This document shows, in pieces, positions 10,558-19,813 of a DNA stretch of 64,000 nucleotides. Where the stretch lies: IMG/VR virus record IMGVR_UViG_3300020049_007737, positions 32,001-96,000 of that record; one strand, given 5' to 3'. Below the pieces are notes generated by a model. That model had not been told where the DNA came from. It was given only the letters and a program-made list of their open reading frames with translations, and searched no databases. Source of the DNA: a virus. Taxonomy: Duplodnaviria; Caudoviricetes. The number at the start of each line of letters is the position of its first letter. Within the stretch, counting starts at the first letter, position 1. The position numbers and the translations under genes were made by a program.

Positions 10558-10590
10558 AAAGCCATTCATTAGAGTGGCTTTTTCTTTTCT
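10558..10590 (+). terminator. Rho-independent terminator
   Basis: AAAGCCATTC/GAGTGGCTTT stem followed by a T-rich tract. Confidence 0.75.
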
Positions 10591-10616
10591 ATTTTAATAT
10601 TTATAACTAAAAGACA

Positions 10617-11039
10617 ATGGCGATTTTTACTTTAAAAATAATTGAACAATTAACTCTTAATGGAGATGATGTTGGATCATCTATAACTCAAACAATTAAT
10701 AATGTTAATTATATTGATAATAGAATTTTGAGTGTCCCTACAGGATCTATAACAACAATATTCTCAATGGATAGTGTTCCTGGAGCTGGTACATTTGTAA
10801 CTAGTAGTTTTCAATATGGTAGAATTACTAACAATTCAACTATTGTACCTATTAAATTAATTGTATCTTCTTCAACAGAAGCAATGAGTTATTTAATAGC
10901 AACAGGAAGTTCATTCTTACTTTCTACAAGTAAAATAACAGGCAGTACATCAGGAATGCTATTTGATGATATCAAATCAGTAAAAGTAGAACCTTCAGGT
11001 AGTGCAGCTAGTATAGAATATTACATTTTAACAAACTAA
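10617..11039 (+). CDS. Hypothetical virion protein
   Basis: 140 aa, Ser/Thr-rich, ATATTTATA at 10597, upstream of the neck genes. Confidence 0.55.
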   Translation: MAIFTLKIIEQLTLNGDDVGSSITQTINNVNYIDNRILSVPTGSITTIFSMDSVPGAGTFVTSSFQYGRITNNSTIVPIKLIVSSSTEAMSYLIATGSSFLLSTSKITGSTSGMLFDDIKSVKVEPSGSAASIEYYILTN

Positions 11040-11046
11040 TTAAATT

Positions 11047-12270
11047 ATGGCAAACATTCCTATTTGGCCCGGTTCGAGTTCATTCTCTTCAGTATATAAT
11101 ACATTCTATTATAGTGGATCATTACCGTCACCAACTCCATTCGGATTTTATGATAATGATGCTCAATTTCAAATAGATGCTAATAAAGTAGCTAATTTTT
11201 GTGCTTTACGTTTAGGATATCCTATTGAAAATATTGAATTACAAGATATTAACTTTTGGGCTGGATTTGAAGAAGCAACAACAGTTTACGGTAATGAATT
11301 ATATGCTTTCCAGACAAGAGATAATTACTTAACACTAGAAGGAGCATCAACTAATACAAATGTAAATAATACATTATTAACTCCTTCATTTGAAACCATT
11401 GTTAGATTATCTCAACAATATGGTGAAGAAGCAGGTGTTGGTGGTAATGTAACTTATTATAAAGGACGTTTACCTTTAACAGCAGGTCAACAAAGATATG
11501 ATTTAAAACAATGGGCAATAGATGAAGGTATTACTGGTGGAATTGAGATTAAAAGAGTATTTTATCAACCACCTCCAGCAATTAATCAATTATATTCTCC
11601 AATGTTAGGCACAGGACCAGGTGGTTTAGGAGGTGTTCCTGCTGCTGGTGTTTATGGTTTAGGATATGGTTATACAAACTATATGATGATGCCTACTAGT
11701 TTTACTATGCAAAACATAAATGCTATTGAAATGCAAAATACAGTAACATTATCTAATTATACATTTGAATTAGTGAATAATATTATAAGTGTATTCCCTA
11801 TTCCTGGAACAGGTTTGGTTGATGGATTCGGTGGAGAGTATGATGGGTTTGTAGGACATTATTTAATATTTGATTTCATTAAAATGGAAGATAGAATTAA
11901 TTCTGCATTTGCTAATGGTGATAATTTAATTACAAATACATCAAATGTACCTTATGTTAACCCAGTTTATTCACAAATAAACTCAATAGGTAGAAGTTGG
12001 ATTTTTGAATATACATTAGCTATTTGTAAAGAAATGCTAGGATATGTTAGAGGAAAATATTCAACAATTCCAATTCCAGGTGGAGATGTAACTTTAAATC
12101 AACAAGATTTATTAGCATCAGCTCAAACAGCGAAAGAAGCATTAATAACAAGATTAAGAGATTATTTTGATCAAACATCAAGACAAGCATTATTAGAAAG
12201 AAGAGCAGCAGAATCAGTAGCAAGAGTACAAGAAATTAATCAAGTACCAATGACAATTTTTATAGGATAA
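11047..12270 (+). CDS. Neck / head-tail adaptor (T4 gp13-like)
   Basis: ALRLGYPIENIEL N-terminal motif; WIFEYTLAICKEMLGYVRGKY...IPGGDVTLN C-terminal motif. Confidence 0.82.
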   Translation: MANIPIWPGSSSFSSVYNTFYYSGSLPSPTPFGFYDNDAQFQIDANKVANFCALRLGYPIENIELQDINFWAGFEEATTVYGNELYAFQTRDNYLTLEGASTNTNVNNTLLTPSFETIVRLSQQYGEEAGVGGNVTYYKGRLPLTAGQQRYDLKQWAIDEGITGGIEIKRVFYQPPPAINQLYSPMLGTGPGGLGGVPAAGVYGLGYGYTNYMMMPTSFTMQNINAIEMQNTVTLSNYTFELVNNIISVFPIPGTGLVDGFGGEYDGFVGHYLIFDFIKMEDRINSAFANGDNLITNTSNVPYVNPVYSQINSIGRSWIFEYTLAICKEMLGYVRGKYSTIPIPGGDVTLNQQDLLASAQTAKEALITRLRDYFDQTSRQALLERRAAESVARVQEINQVPMTIFIG

Positions 12271-12271
12271 T

Positions 12272-12829
12272 ATGGCACTATACGGCGAAGCAAGAGATAT
12301 AAGTTTATTTAGAAGAATTAACCGTGAGTTAATGGGGAATATTGTCTCTCAAGAGGTAATATACTATAAATACAACATTACAACTACTAAGACAAACATG
12401 TATGGTGAATCAGTTGAAGGAAGAAATTTCGCTGATCCTGTAATATTATTTTCTCGTATAGAAGTAGGTCCACAAGAAGCACCAGTAAGTGAATTAGGTG
12501 TTGATTTTAATTGGACTATGACCTTCTTCTTCTTACGTGATGACTTATTAGGTAAAAACCCTGATTTTAATACAGGTAGTTTATATGGTGCTGATTTACA
12601 TCCTGAAGTAGGTGATGTAATAGCATATCAAAATGGATATTGGGAAGTAGATAACACAAATGCTACTCAATTCTTTATGGGTAAAGACCCTCAATACCCT
12701 TATTACGATGGATATGGACAAAACCCATTAAATCCAGGATTAGAAAATTTCGGGTACAATGTTGAAGTTAGATGTGATTGTCATTACGTACCAAGTGACA
12801 GATTAAATATTATTAAATCAAGAATGTAA
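12272..12829 (+). CDS. Head closure / neck protein (T4 gp14-like)
   Basis: Follows the gp13-like gene; NMYGES and PEVGDVI motifs. Confidence 0.72.
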   Translation: MALYGEARDISLFRRINRELMGNIVSQEVIYYKYNITTTKTNMYGESVEGRNFADPVILFSRIEVGPQEAPVSELGVDFNWTMTFFFLRDDLLGKNPDFNTGSLYGADLHPEVGDVIAYQNGYWEVDNTNATQFFMGKDPQYPYYDGYGQNPLNPGLENFGYNVEVRCDCHYVPSDRLNIIKSRM

Positions 12830-13836
12830 TGGCTAAAACTAGAAAACCAATACCACCAACCCAAAGAGAACTTAGTGTTCAACAACATAAATCTTTTGAT
12901 AAAGAAGTAGGGAATCCTAATTATGCTGTTGAAAATGGAAAAACTAACAGATCATTAAATTTATCTTTTAAAGGTGATAATACAAAACCGTTTTCAATAG
13001 GCATTAAAGATATTGATGAATCAATATTTTATTACTTTCAAAATGTTATTAAACCAACAGTAATACAAAATGGACAACGTTTACCTGTTCCAGTAATATA
13101 TGCATCTCCTGAAAAGATGAAATCATATCAAAAAGATGGATACTACAGAGATCAATTAGGTAAAATACAAGCACCATTAATAGCTTTTAAACGTGAATCT
13201 ATTGATAAAAATAGAACAATTGCTAATAAGTTAGATGCTAATAATCCTAACAATTTTGGAGTGTTTACTAAAAAATATAATCCAAAAAATGCATACGATA
13301 ATTTCCATGTATTAAATAATAGAATTCCTGTTAAAACACATTATGCAGTAGTAATGCCTGATTATTTAACAGTAACTTATTCATGTACTGTATTTACTTA
13401 TTATGTAGAACAGTTAAATAAAATTGTTGAAGCTATTGAATATGCATCAGATGCGTATTGGGGAAATCCTCAATTATTTCAATTTAGAACAATGATTGAT
13501 TCATTTGGTTTCCAAACTGAATTGAGCGCTAATGATGAACGAATGGTAAGAAGTACATTTACTATAAAAATAAATGGCTACATTATTCCAGATGTATTAC
13601 AAAGAGATCTTAACACTATTGTAAAATATAACGATAAAGCAAAAATTATATTCTCTGTAGAAGCAACTAACAATACAGGTATATTTGAAGGTGCTATTGA
13701 AGGTAATAGAATTATAACAACAGATCCTGTTCGTCTTAAAGATCGTGCAACATTTGTTAATGGTAACGAAGGTGGAGATGTAATTGGAGACATAAGCAGT
13801 ACTGAAGCTGAAAACAGATCAACTGCAATTGGATAA
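12829..13836 (+). CDS. Tail terminator / sheath stabiliser (T4 gp15-like)
   Basis: VPVIYASPEK motif, QLNKIVEAI, RSTFTIKINGYI; follows the neck genes. Confidence 0.72.
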   Translation: MAKTRKPIPPTQRELSVQQHKSFDKEVGNPNYAVENGKTNRSLNLSFKGDNTKPFSIGIKDIDESIFYYFQNVIKPTVIQNGQRLPVPVIYASPEKMKSYQKDGYYRDQLGKIQAPLIAFKRESIDKNRTIANKLDANNPNNFGVFTKKYNPKNAYDNFHVLNNRIPVKTHYAVVMPDYLTVTYSCTVFTYYVEQLNKIVEAIEYASDAYWGNPQLFQFRTMIDSFGFQTELSANDERMVRSTFTIKINGYIIPDVLQRDLNTIVKYNDKAKIIFSVEATNNTGIFEGAIEGNRIITTDPVRLKDRATFVNGNEGGDVIGDISSTEAENRSTAIG

Positions 13837-13854
13837 TTCTAATATTTATATCAA

Positions 13855-16341
13855 ATGGCAAAAATTAGATTTTTAGATCAGGTACCTATTGGTGTTTTTG
13901 AAACACCTACTAGCACTACTAATGGAGCATTTAGTGGTTCATTTACAGGTTCATTGTTTGGAACAGCAAGCTGGTCTATTTACTCGTTAACCGCTTCTTA
14001 TGTATCAGGAAGTGTAGCTAATGCTGTAAGTGCATCATATGCTCTAACAGCTTCATATGCTTTAAACGGTGGTAGTGGTGGATCTAATATATCTGGTGCA
14101 CAATACTTTGTTCCTTTATTTAATAGTACTAGCTCATTAGTTACTAGTTCAATATACCAATCAGGATCTTATACATCTATAAGAAATTCAACAGGACCTG
14201 AAGACCCAACTAACCCTGACATACTTTATGTTAGTGGTGATGGGGTTGATACTTACAATTTAATATCTGCTCATGGTAATTTAGATAGTTACGTACAAGT
14301 AAATGTACAAAACTACAATACAGGCTCAGGAGCATCTTCAGATATAGTAGCAACAGCAGATGATGGAGATGAAACTACGGGTTATATTGATATGGGTATT
14401 AACTCATCTTTATACACAGCAAGTAATTTTGTAGGATCTGCTAAAGATGCTTATATATATTCAACAGGCAATGATTTATACATTGGAAACGCTACTCCAA
14501 ATAAAGAAGTTATATTATTTAATGGTGGTCTAGATGCTATTAATAACGCTAGAATTCACATTCATGACCAAGGTACTATAGGTATTAATACTAATCAATA
14601 CGATATATTAAATCCACCTTCATTACAGATTCAAGCACCTAATACAACTACAACTAACTTAGTTCAGATAACAGGTGAAACTGATAACTTTATTCAAGTA
14701 GCTATATCTAATACTAATGGTGGTGGAAACGCATCAGCCGATTTAGCTTTATATAATGACTTAGACCCTAATCAATTAGATGGTTATATTGACGTAGGTA
14801 TTAACTCAGTTAATTACATACCTAATGATACTTATCCTGGAGGACCGGGTGATGCTTATATTTTTACAAGTGCAAATCACTTTCATATAGGTACAATAAA
14901 CAATGAACCAATTGAATTATTCATAAGTGGTGCAGGTGATAATACACTAGGAAGATTATACTTAAGCCCAGACAACAATCACTGGATGTCAGGTTCATTT
15001 ACTGTAACTCAAGGTGTAACAAGTTCATTATTAGGAACAGCAAGTTGGGCAGAACAATCAATAAGTTCTTCTTATGCTTTAACAGCATCTTATAGTTTAA
15101 ATGCAATTACAAGTTCTTATGCACTTAATGCTTTATCATCATCATATTCTGATACAGCTTCTTATGCTTTTAATTCTATAAGTTCATCATACGCATCAAC
15201 GGCATCATATGTTTTAAATGCTGTAAGTTCATCATATTCTGATACATCATCATATTCATTTAATTCTGTTAGTTCTTCATATGCTACAACAGCTTCATAT
15301 GTTTTAAATGCTGTTAGCGCTTCATTTGCTTCTACAGCATCATACTTAAATACATTAAATCAAGATTTAACATTCAATGGTAATCTAATATTAAATGGTA
15401 CTGCTAGTATTACATACCTTAACACAGTATTTGAAACAGCGTCTGTTATTTACTCTTCAGGATCAAATCAATTTGGTGATGCTGTAAATGATACTCAAAT
15501 ATTAATAGGTAGAACAATAGTAAGTGGAAGTTTTGAAGTAACAGGTAGTACTAATATTCCTTCATTAACAGGTTCATTATTAGGAACAGCTTCTTATGCT
15601 GACACGACTTTAAGTGCATCTTATACTAATAATGCTACAAGTGCTAGTTATTCATTAACAGCATCATACTTTTCAGGTTCTACTCTTAATGCTACAAGTG
15701 CGTCTTATGCCTCAACTGCATCGTATGTTTTAAATGCTATAAGTAGCTCATTTGCAGCTACAGCATCCTATTTCTCAGGATCAATTTCATCCGCTGTAAG
15801 TGCATCTTATGCATCAACAGCTTCATATGTCACTTTAGCTCAAACAGCATCTTATGTTTTACAAGCAGTGAGTTCATCATTTGCTTCTACTGCTTCAATA
15901 GCTACAAGTTCATCATATGCTTTAACAGCCTCATATGTTGCTAATGCTTCATCATTCCCTTATACAGGAAGTGCTGTAATAACTGGTAGTTTAATAGTAA
16001 CAGGAACAATTGCTTTAGGTGACCCTACAGCCCCTGCTGTTTATACAAGTATTAAAACAACTGTAAATTCTGGTTCAACAGTAATTTATAATGTATTAAC
16101 TTCTTCTTATGATAGTGCATTTTTCGATTATTCATTAAAAGGATCTAGTGGTGCAAGAGCAGGTAATATTATGGCAATATGGAGTGGAAGTAGTGTAAGT
16201 TACACTGACAATTCAACTGCAGATATGGGTAATACTACAGATTTTGTTTTTGGAATAATATTATCAGGAAGCAACATGGTGTTAACAGGTTCAACAAGTA
16301 CAAACGGATGGACTTTAAAAACAGCAATAAGAACAATTTAG
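13855..16341 (+). CDS. Tail fibre-like protein with SASYA repeats
   Basis: Many (S/T)ASYA repeats, TGSLLGTAS motifs and a duplicated YIDMGINS/YIDVGINS domain. Confidence 0.7.
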   Translation: MAKIRFLDQVPIGVFETPTSTTNGAFSGSFTGSLFGTASWSIYSLTASYVSGSVANAVSASYALTASYALNGGSGGSNISGAQYFVPLFNSTSSLVTSSIYQSGSYTSIRNSTGPEDPTNPDILYVSGDGVDTYNLISAHGNLDSYVQVNVQNYNTGSGASSDIVATADDGDETTGYIDMGINSSLYTASNFVGSAKDAYIYSTGNDLYIGNATPNKEVILFNGGLDAINNARIHIHDQGTIGINTNQYDILNPPSLQIQAPNTTTTNLVQITGETDNFIQVAISNTNGGGNASADLALYNDLDPNQLDGYIDVGINSVNYIPNDTYPGGPGDAYIFTSANHFHIGTINNEPIELFISGAGDNTLGRLYLSPDNNHWMSGSFTVTQGVTSSLLGTASWAEQSISSSYALTASYSLNAITSSYALNALSSSYSDTASYAFNSISSSYASTASYVLNAVSSSYSDTSSYSFNSVSSSYATTASYVLNAVSASFASTASYLNTLNQDLTFNGNLILNGTASITYLNTVFETASVIYSSGSNQFGDAVNDTQILIGRTIVSGSFEVTGSTNIPSLTGSLLGTASYADTTLSASYTNNATSASYSLTASYFSGSTLNATSASYASTASYVLNAISSSFAATASYFSGSISSAVSASYASTASYVTLAQTASYVLQAVSSSFASTASIATSSSYALTASYVANASSFPYTGSAVITGSLIVTGTIALGDPTAPAVYTSIKTTVNSGSTVIYNVLTSSYDSAFFDYSLKGSSGARAGNIMAIWSGSSVSYTDNSTADMGNTTDFVFGIILSGSNMVLTGSTSTNGWTLKTAIRTI

Positions 16342-16364
16342 TTCTAACATATTTATAACAAACC

Positions 16365-16388
16365 AAATCTTGGAAAGTGAAAAGATTT
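16365..16388 (+). promoter_or_regulatory. 5'-UTR stem-loop before fibre gene
   Basis: AAATCTT-GGAAAGTGAA-AAGATTT, 5 nt before the ATG and downstream of ATATTTATA at 16349. Confidence 0.5.
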
Positions 16389-16393
16389 AACTA

Positions 16394-19300
16394 ATGGCAA
16401 ACGAATTTATAATAAGAAAAGGGTTTATAGCTTTAACAGGCTCAACCATAACCGGTAGTTTAAATGTAACTGCTGGTATAACAGGCTCATTACTTGGGAC
16501 AGCATCGTATGCTACAAACGCCTTATCGGCATCATATTTCTCAGGTTCAGTTTCTAATGCTGTAAGTGCATCTTATGCGGCAACTGCTTCAATAGCTACA
16601 AGTGCATCTTATGCTCTTAATGGAGGTGTTACTCAATTATTAGCAGGTCCAAACGTAACATTATCACCAACAAATGGATTAGGACAAGTTACAATTACTG
16701 CTGCTTTAAGCGGAAGTACAAGTTTTAATACTGCAACTGGTTCTTATGGTAGTTTTTACGATACAACTACTCAAACAAATCCTGTAGCTAATGTTCCTCG
16801 TTCAATGTCTTTTAATACAACAGACATTACAAACGGGGTATCAATATCTGGATCAACATCTCCGTATGACACATATATCAAGATAGAAAATCCCGGTGTA
16901 TACGATATACAGTTCTCTGCTCAATTAGACAAAATTGATGCAGGAAAAGATGAGATAATAATATGGCTTAGAAAAAATGGTATAGATTTAACTGATACTG
17001 CTACTAGCGTATCATTGACTAATAATAATGATAAGGTTGTCGCTGCTTGGAACTGGTTTGTAAACTCAGCAGCTAACGACTATTATCAATTAATATGGTA
17101 CTCAGCAGATACTAATATAAGATTATTAGCTGAACCAGCCGGTGGAGGACACCCAGGAATTCCTTCTGTAATATTAACTGCAAATAGAGTAGATCAATTT
17201 TTATCAAATACAGGTTCATTTTCCGGTTCATTTAATGGTAATTTTACAGGTTCATTATTAGGTACTGCTTCTTATGCTACAAATGCTTTAAGTAGCTCTT
17301 ATTCTACAACATCTTCACTACCTTTATTAGGTATTGTAACAGCATCAGCAGTAAATACAACAATTACATTTACAAAAGGAAATGGAACAACATTCGATGT
17401 AACAATAGCTCAATCTGGTTCAGTAGCAACAGCATCATATGCTTTATTTGCTCAAAATGCCGAATCATCTTCATATGCAGCTACAGCATCATATTTTACA
17501 GGAGCAGTAACAAGTGCATCTTATGCTCAAACAGCCTCATACTTAAATACATTAAATCAAAACTTAACGTTTAATGGTAATTTAACATTGAACGGAACAG
17601 CAAGCATAACTTATTTAAATACAATATACGAGACAGCTTCTGTAATATACTCTTCTGGTTCTAACCAATTCGGAGATACTACAAGTGATATACAAACATT
17701 AATAGGTACAGTGATTGTATCTGGTTCTCAACAAATAACAGGTTCATTAGATGTATCTGAAGGTATAACTGGTTCATTATTAGGAACAGCTTCATACGCT
17801 GTAACAGCAATAAACTCATCATATCCTGTTTATGTAACTGGTAATAGTATAGTTGCAAATTTACAAAGTAACCCTTCAATAAACACAGTAGGTAGTGTGT
17901 ATATCGGAAGTAGTGCGGGAAATAATTCAGATGCAGCATCCGATAGTATGATTTGTATAGGTAATCGTGCTGGTTCAAATTCTGCTGGTATTAATACTAT
18001 TATGATAGGAAACAATGCAGGAAACGATACTGTATCAGCCGATTATTCAATATTTATTGGAGCAGGAACTGGACAAGATCAGAGTGGTATTGTATCATAC
18101 ATTACTGCTTTAGGATATAATGCAGGAGCTAATATCAATGATACATCAGCGGAATCAGTATTTATAGGAAGTTTTGCAGGTGATAATAGTACTGTTACTT
18201 ACTCAAATTTTATAGGATACAATGCGGGTGCGCTTTCAACATCATCCTTTTCAAATTTTATAGGAGAGGGTGCAGGAGCTTATTCACTAAGTACTGATAC
18301 TTCTAATTTTATAGGTGGGGGTGCTGGATCATATAGTATAGTTTCATCAAATTCTACCTTTATAGGAACTTCTGCAGGAGGATACTCAACAAATACTGAA
18401 TTCTCTAATTTCATAGGATATAACGCAGGATATGAAAGTACATTATCTGTTAATTCAAATTTTATAGGTAATAGTGCAGGACTTCAAAGTACAGGATCAT
18501 CTCATTCTAATTTCATAGGACCAGGAACCGGAGTAGGTTCTGTAAATACAACATATTCCACTATTATAGGACCTAACACAGCACAATACACAACAGATAT
18601 TGATAACACTTTTATTATTGGTAATAGTGCTGGTTATGCTGCCACCGGAATTCAATTCTCAAACTTTATAGGAGACTCAGCAGGAGCTTATTCATCAGGT
18701 TCAATACAATCTAACTTTATAGGAACATCTGCCGGTCAATATTCAACCGCATCATTCTCAAACTTTATAGGATTCAATGCTGGTGGATACACTAATAGTT
18801 CACACTCATTACATATAGGATATAACGCAGGTTTATATAACTTAAACAATAATAATGTTATAATAGGTACTAATGTAACTTTACCATCAGGAGTAGATAG
18901 TGGATTAAATATAGGAGGTATTTTATTTGGTAGAGGATTATTCTTTGATGATGTAACTGCGGAAGCATTCTCAGGAAGTTTAGGAAACGGTAAAATTGGT
19001 ATAAATGTAGTAGATCCACAACACACATTAGACGTATCAGGTTCAGGTAATTTTACTGATGGATTAACAGTAACAGGTTCATTAATAGCTGATAATATTA
19101 CAGGTAGTTTATTAGGTACTGCTTCTTATGCTTTAACAGCTTCATATTTAGATGGTTTAGTAACAAGTGCGTCTTATGCGGCGACTGCTTCGTATGTAGT
19201 TAATGCTCTAACAGCCTCGTATGTAGTAACGGCTCAAACAGCATCTTACGTACTAAACGCTGTTAGTGCATCTTATGTTCAAACAGCACAAACTGCTTCT

Positions 19301-19801
19301 TATGTTACTTTAGCTCAAACAGCATCTTATGTTTTACAAGCAGTAAGTGCTAGTTATGCTACTAGAGCATTAAGTAGTTCATATGCTGCTACTTCATCAA
19401 TAGCAACAACAGCATCATTCTCATTAAATACATTTACTAATTTAAAAACATCTAGATTTGAAATGGGTGTTTCTAGTACTACAACTATTACAACAGGTGC
19501 TAAAGGAAGAAAAACAATAGGATATAATGGTACTATTGTTGGTTGGAGATTAGTAACAGATCAAAGTACTACAATGACTTTAGATGTTTGGAAAGCTAAT
19601 AACGCAATTCCTACAGTAGCTGATAGTATAACAGGAACCGCTCCAATATCAGTAACAGCAGCACAATTAGGTAATTCAACAACTTTAACAGGATGGACTA
19701 CATCTGTAGCAGCTGGCGATGTATTTATAGTAAACGTAGATTCAAATAATAATGCTACTTATTTTTCATTAGAATTAGATATAGTATTAACCAACTCGTA
19801 A
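16394..19801 (+). CDS. Long tail fibre / adhesin with SASYA repeats and NFIGxxAG beta-roll repeats
   Basis: Long tandem run of SNFIGxxAG-type units, plus ASYA repeats and KIGINVVDPQHTLDVSGS. Confidence 0.75.
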   Translation: MANEFIIRKGFIALTGSTITGSLNVTAGITGSLLGTASYATNALSASYFSGSVSNAVSASYAATASIATSASYALNGGVTQLLAGPNVTLSPTNGLGQVTITAALSGSTSFNTATGSYGSFYDTTTQTNPVANVPRSMSFNTTDITNGVSISGSTSPYDTYIKIENPGVYDIQFSAQLDKIDAGKDEIIIWLRKNGIDLTDTATSVSLTNNNDKVVAAWNWFVNSAANDYYQLIWYSADTNIRLLAEPAGGGHPGIPSVILTANRVDQFLSNTGSFSGSFNGNFTGSLLGTASYATNALSSSYSTTSSLPLLGIVTASAVNTTITFTKGNGTTFDVTIAQSGSVATASYALFAQNAESSSYAATASYFTGAVTSASYAQTASYLNTLNQNLTFNGNLTLNGTASITYLNTIYETASVIYSSGSNQFGDTTSDIQTLIGTVIVSGSQQITGSLDVSEGITGSLLGTASYAVTAINSSYPVYVTGNSIVANLQSNPSINTVGSVYIGSSAGNNSDAASDSMICIGNRAGSNSAGINTIMIGNNAGNDTVSADYSIFIGAGTGQDQSGIVSYITALGYNAGANINDTSAESVFIGSFAGDNSTVTYSNFIGYNAGALSTSSFSNFIGEGAGAYSLSTDTSNFIGGGAGSYSIVSSNSTFIGTSAGGYSTNTEFSNFIGYNAGYESTLSVNSNFIGNSAGLQSTGSSHSNFIGPGTGVGSVNTTYSTIIGPNTAQYTTDIDNTFIIGNSAGYAATGIQFSNFIGDSAGAYSSGSIQSNFIGTSAGQYSTASFSNFIGFNAGGYTNSSHSLHIGYNAGLYNLNNNNVIIGTNVTLPSGVDSGLNIGGILFGRGLFFDDVTAEAFSGSLGNGKIGINVVDPQHTLDVSGSGNFTDGLTVTGSLIADNITGSLLGTASYALTASYLDGLVTSASYAATASYVVNALTASYVVTAQTASYVLNAVSASYVQTAQTASYVTLAQTASYVLQAVSASYATRALSSSYAATSSIATTASFSLNTFTNLKTSRFEMGVSSTTTITTGAKGRKTIGYNGTIVGWRLVTDQSTTMTLDVWKANNAIPTVADSITGTAPISVTAAQLGNSTTLTGWTTSVAAGDVFIVNVDSNNNATYFSLELDIVLTNS

Positions 19802-19813
19802 TAAAATAGTTTT

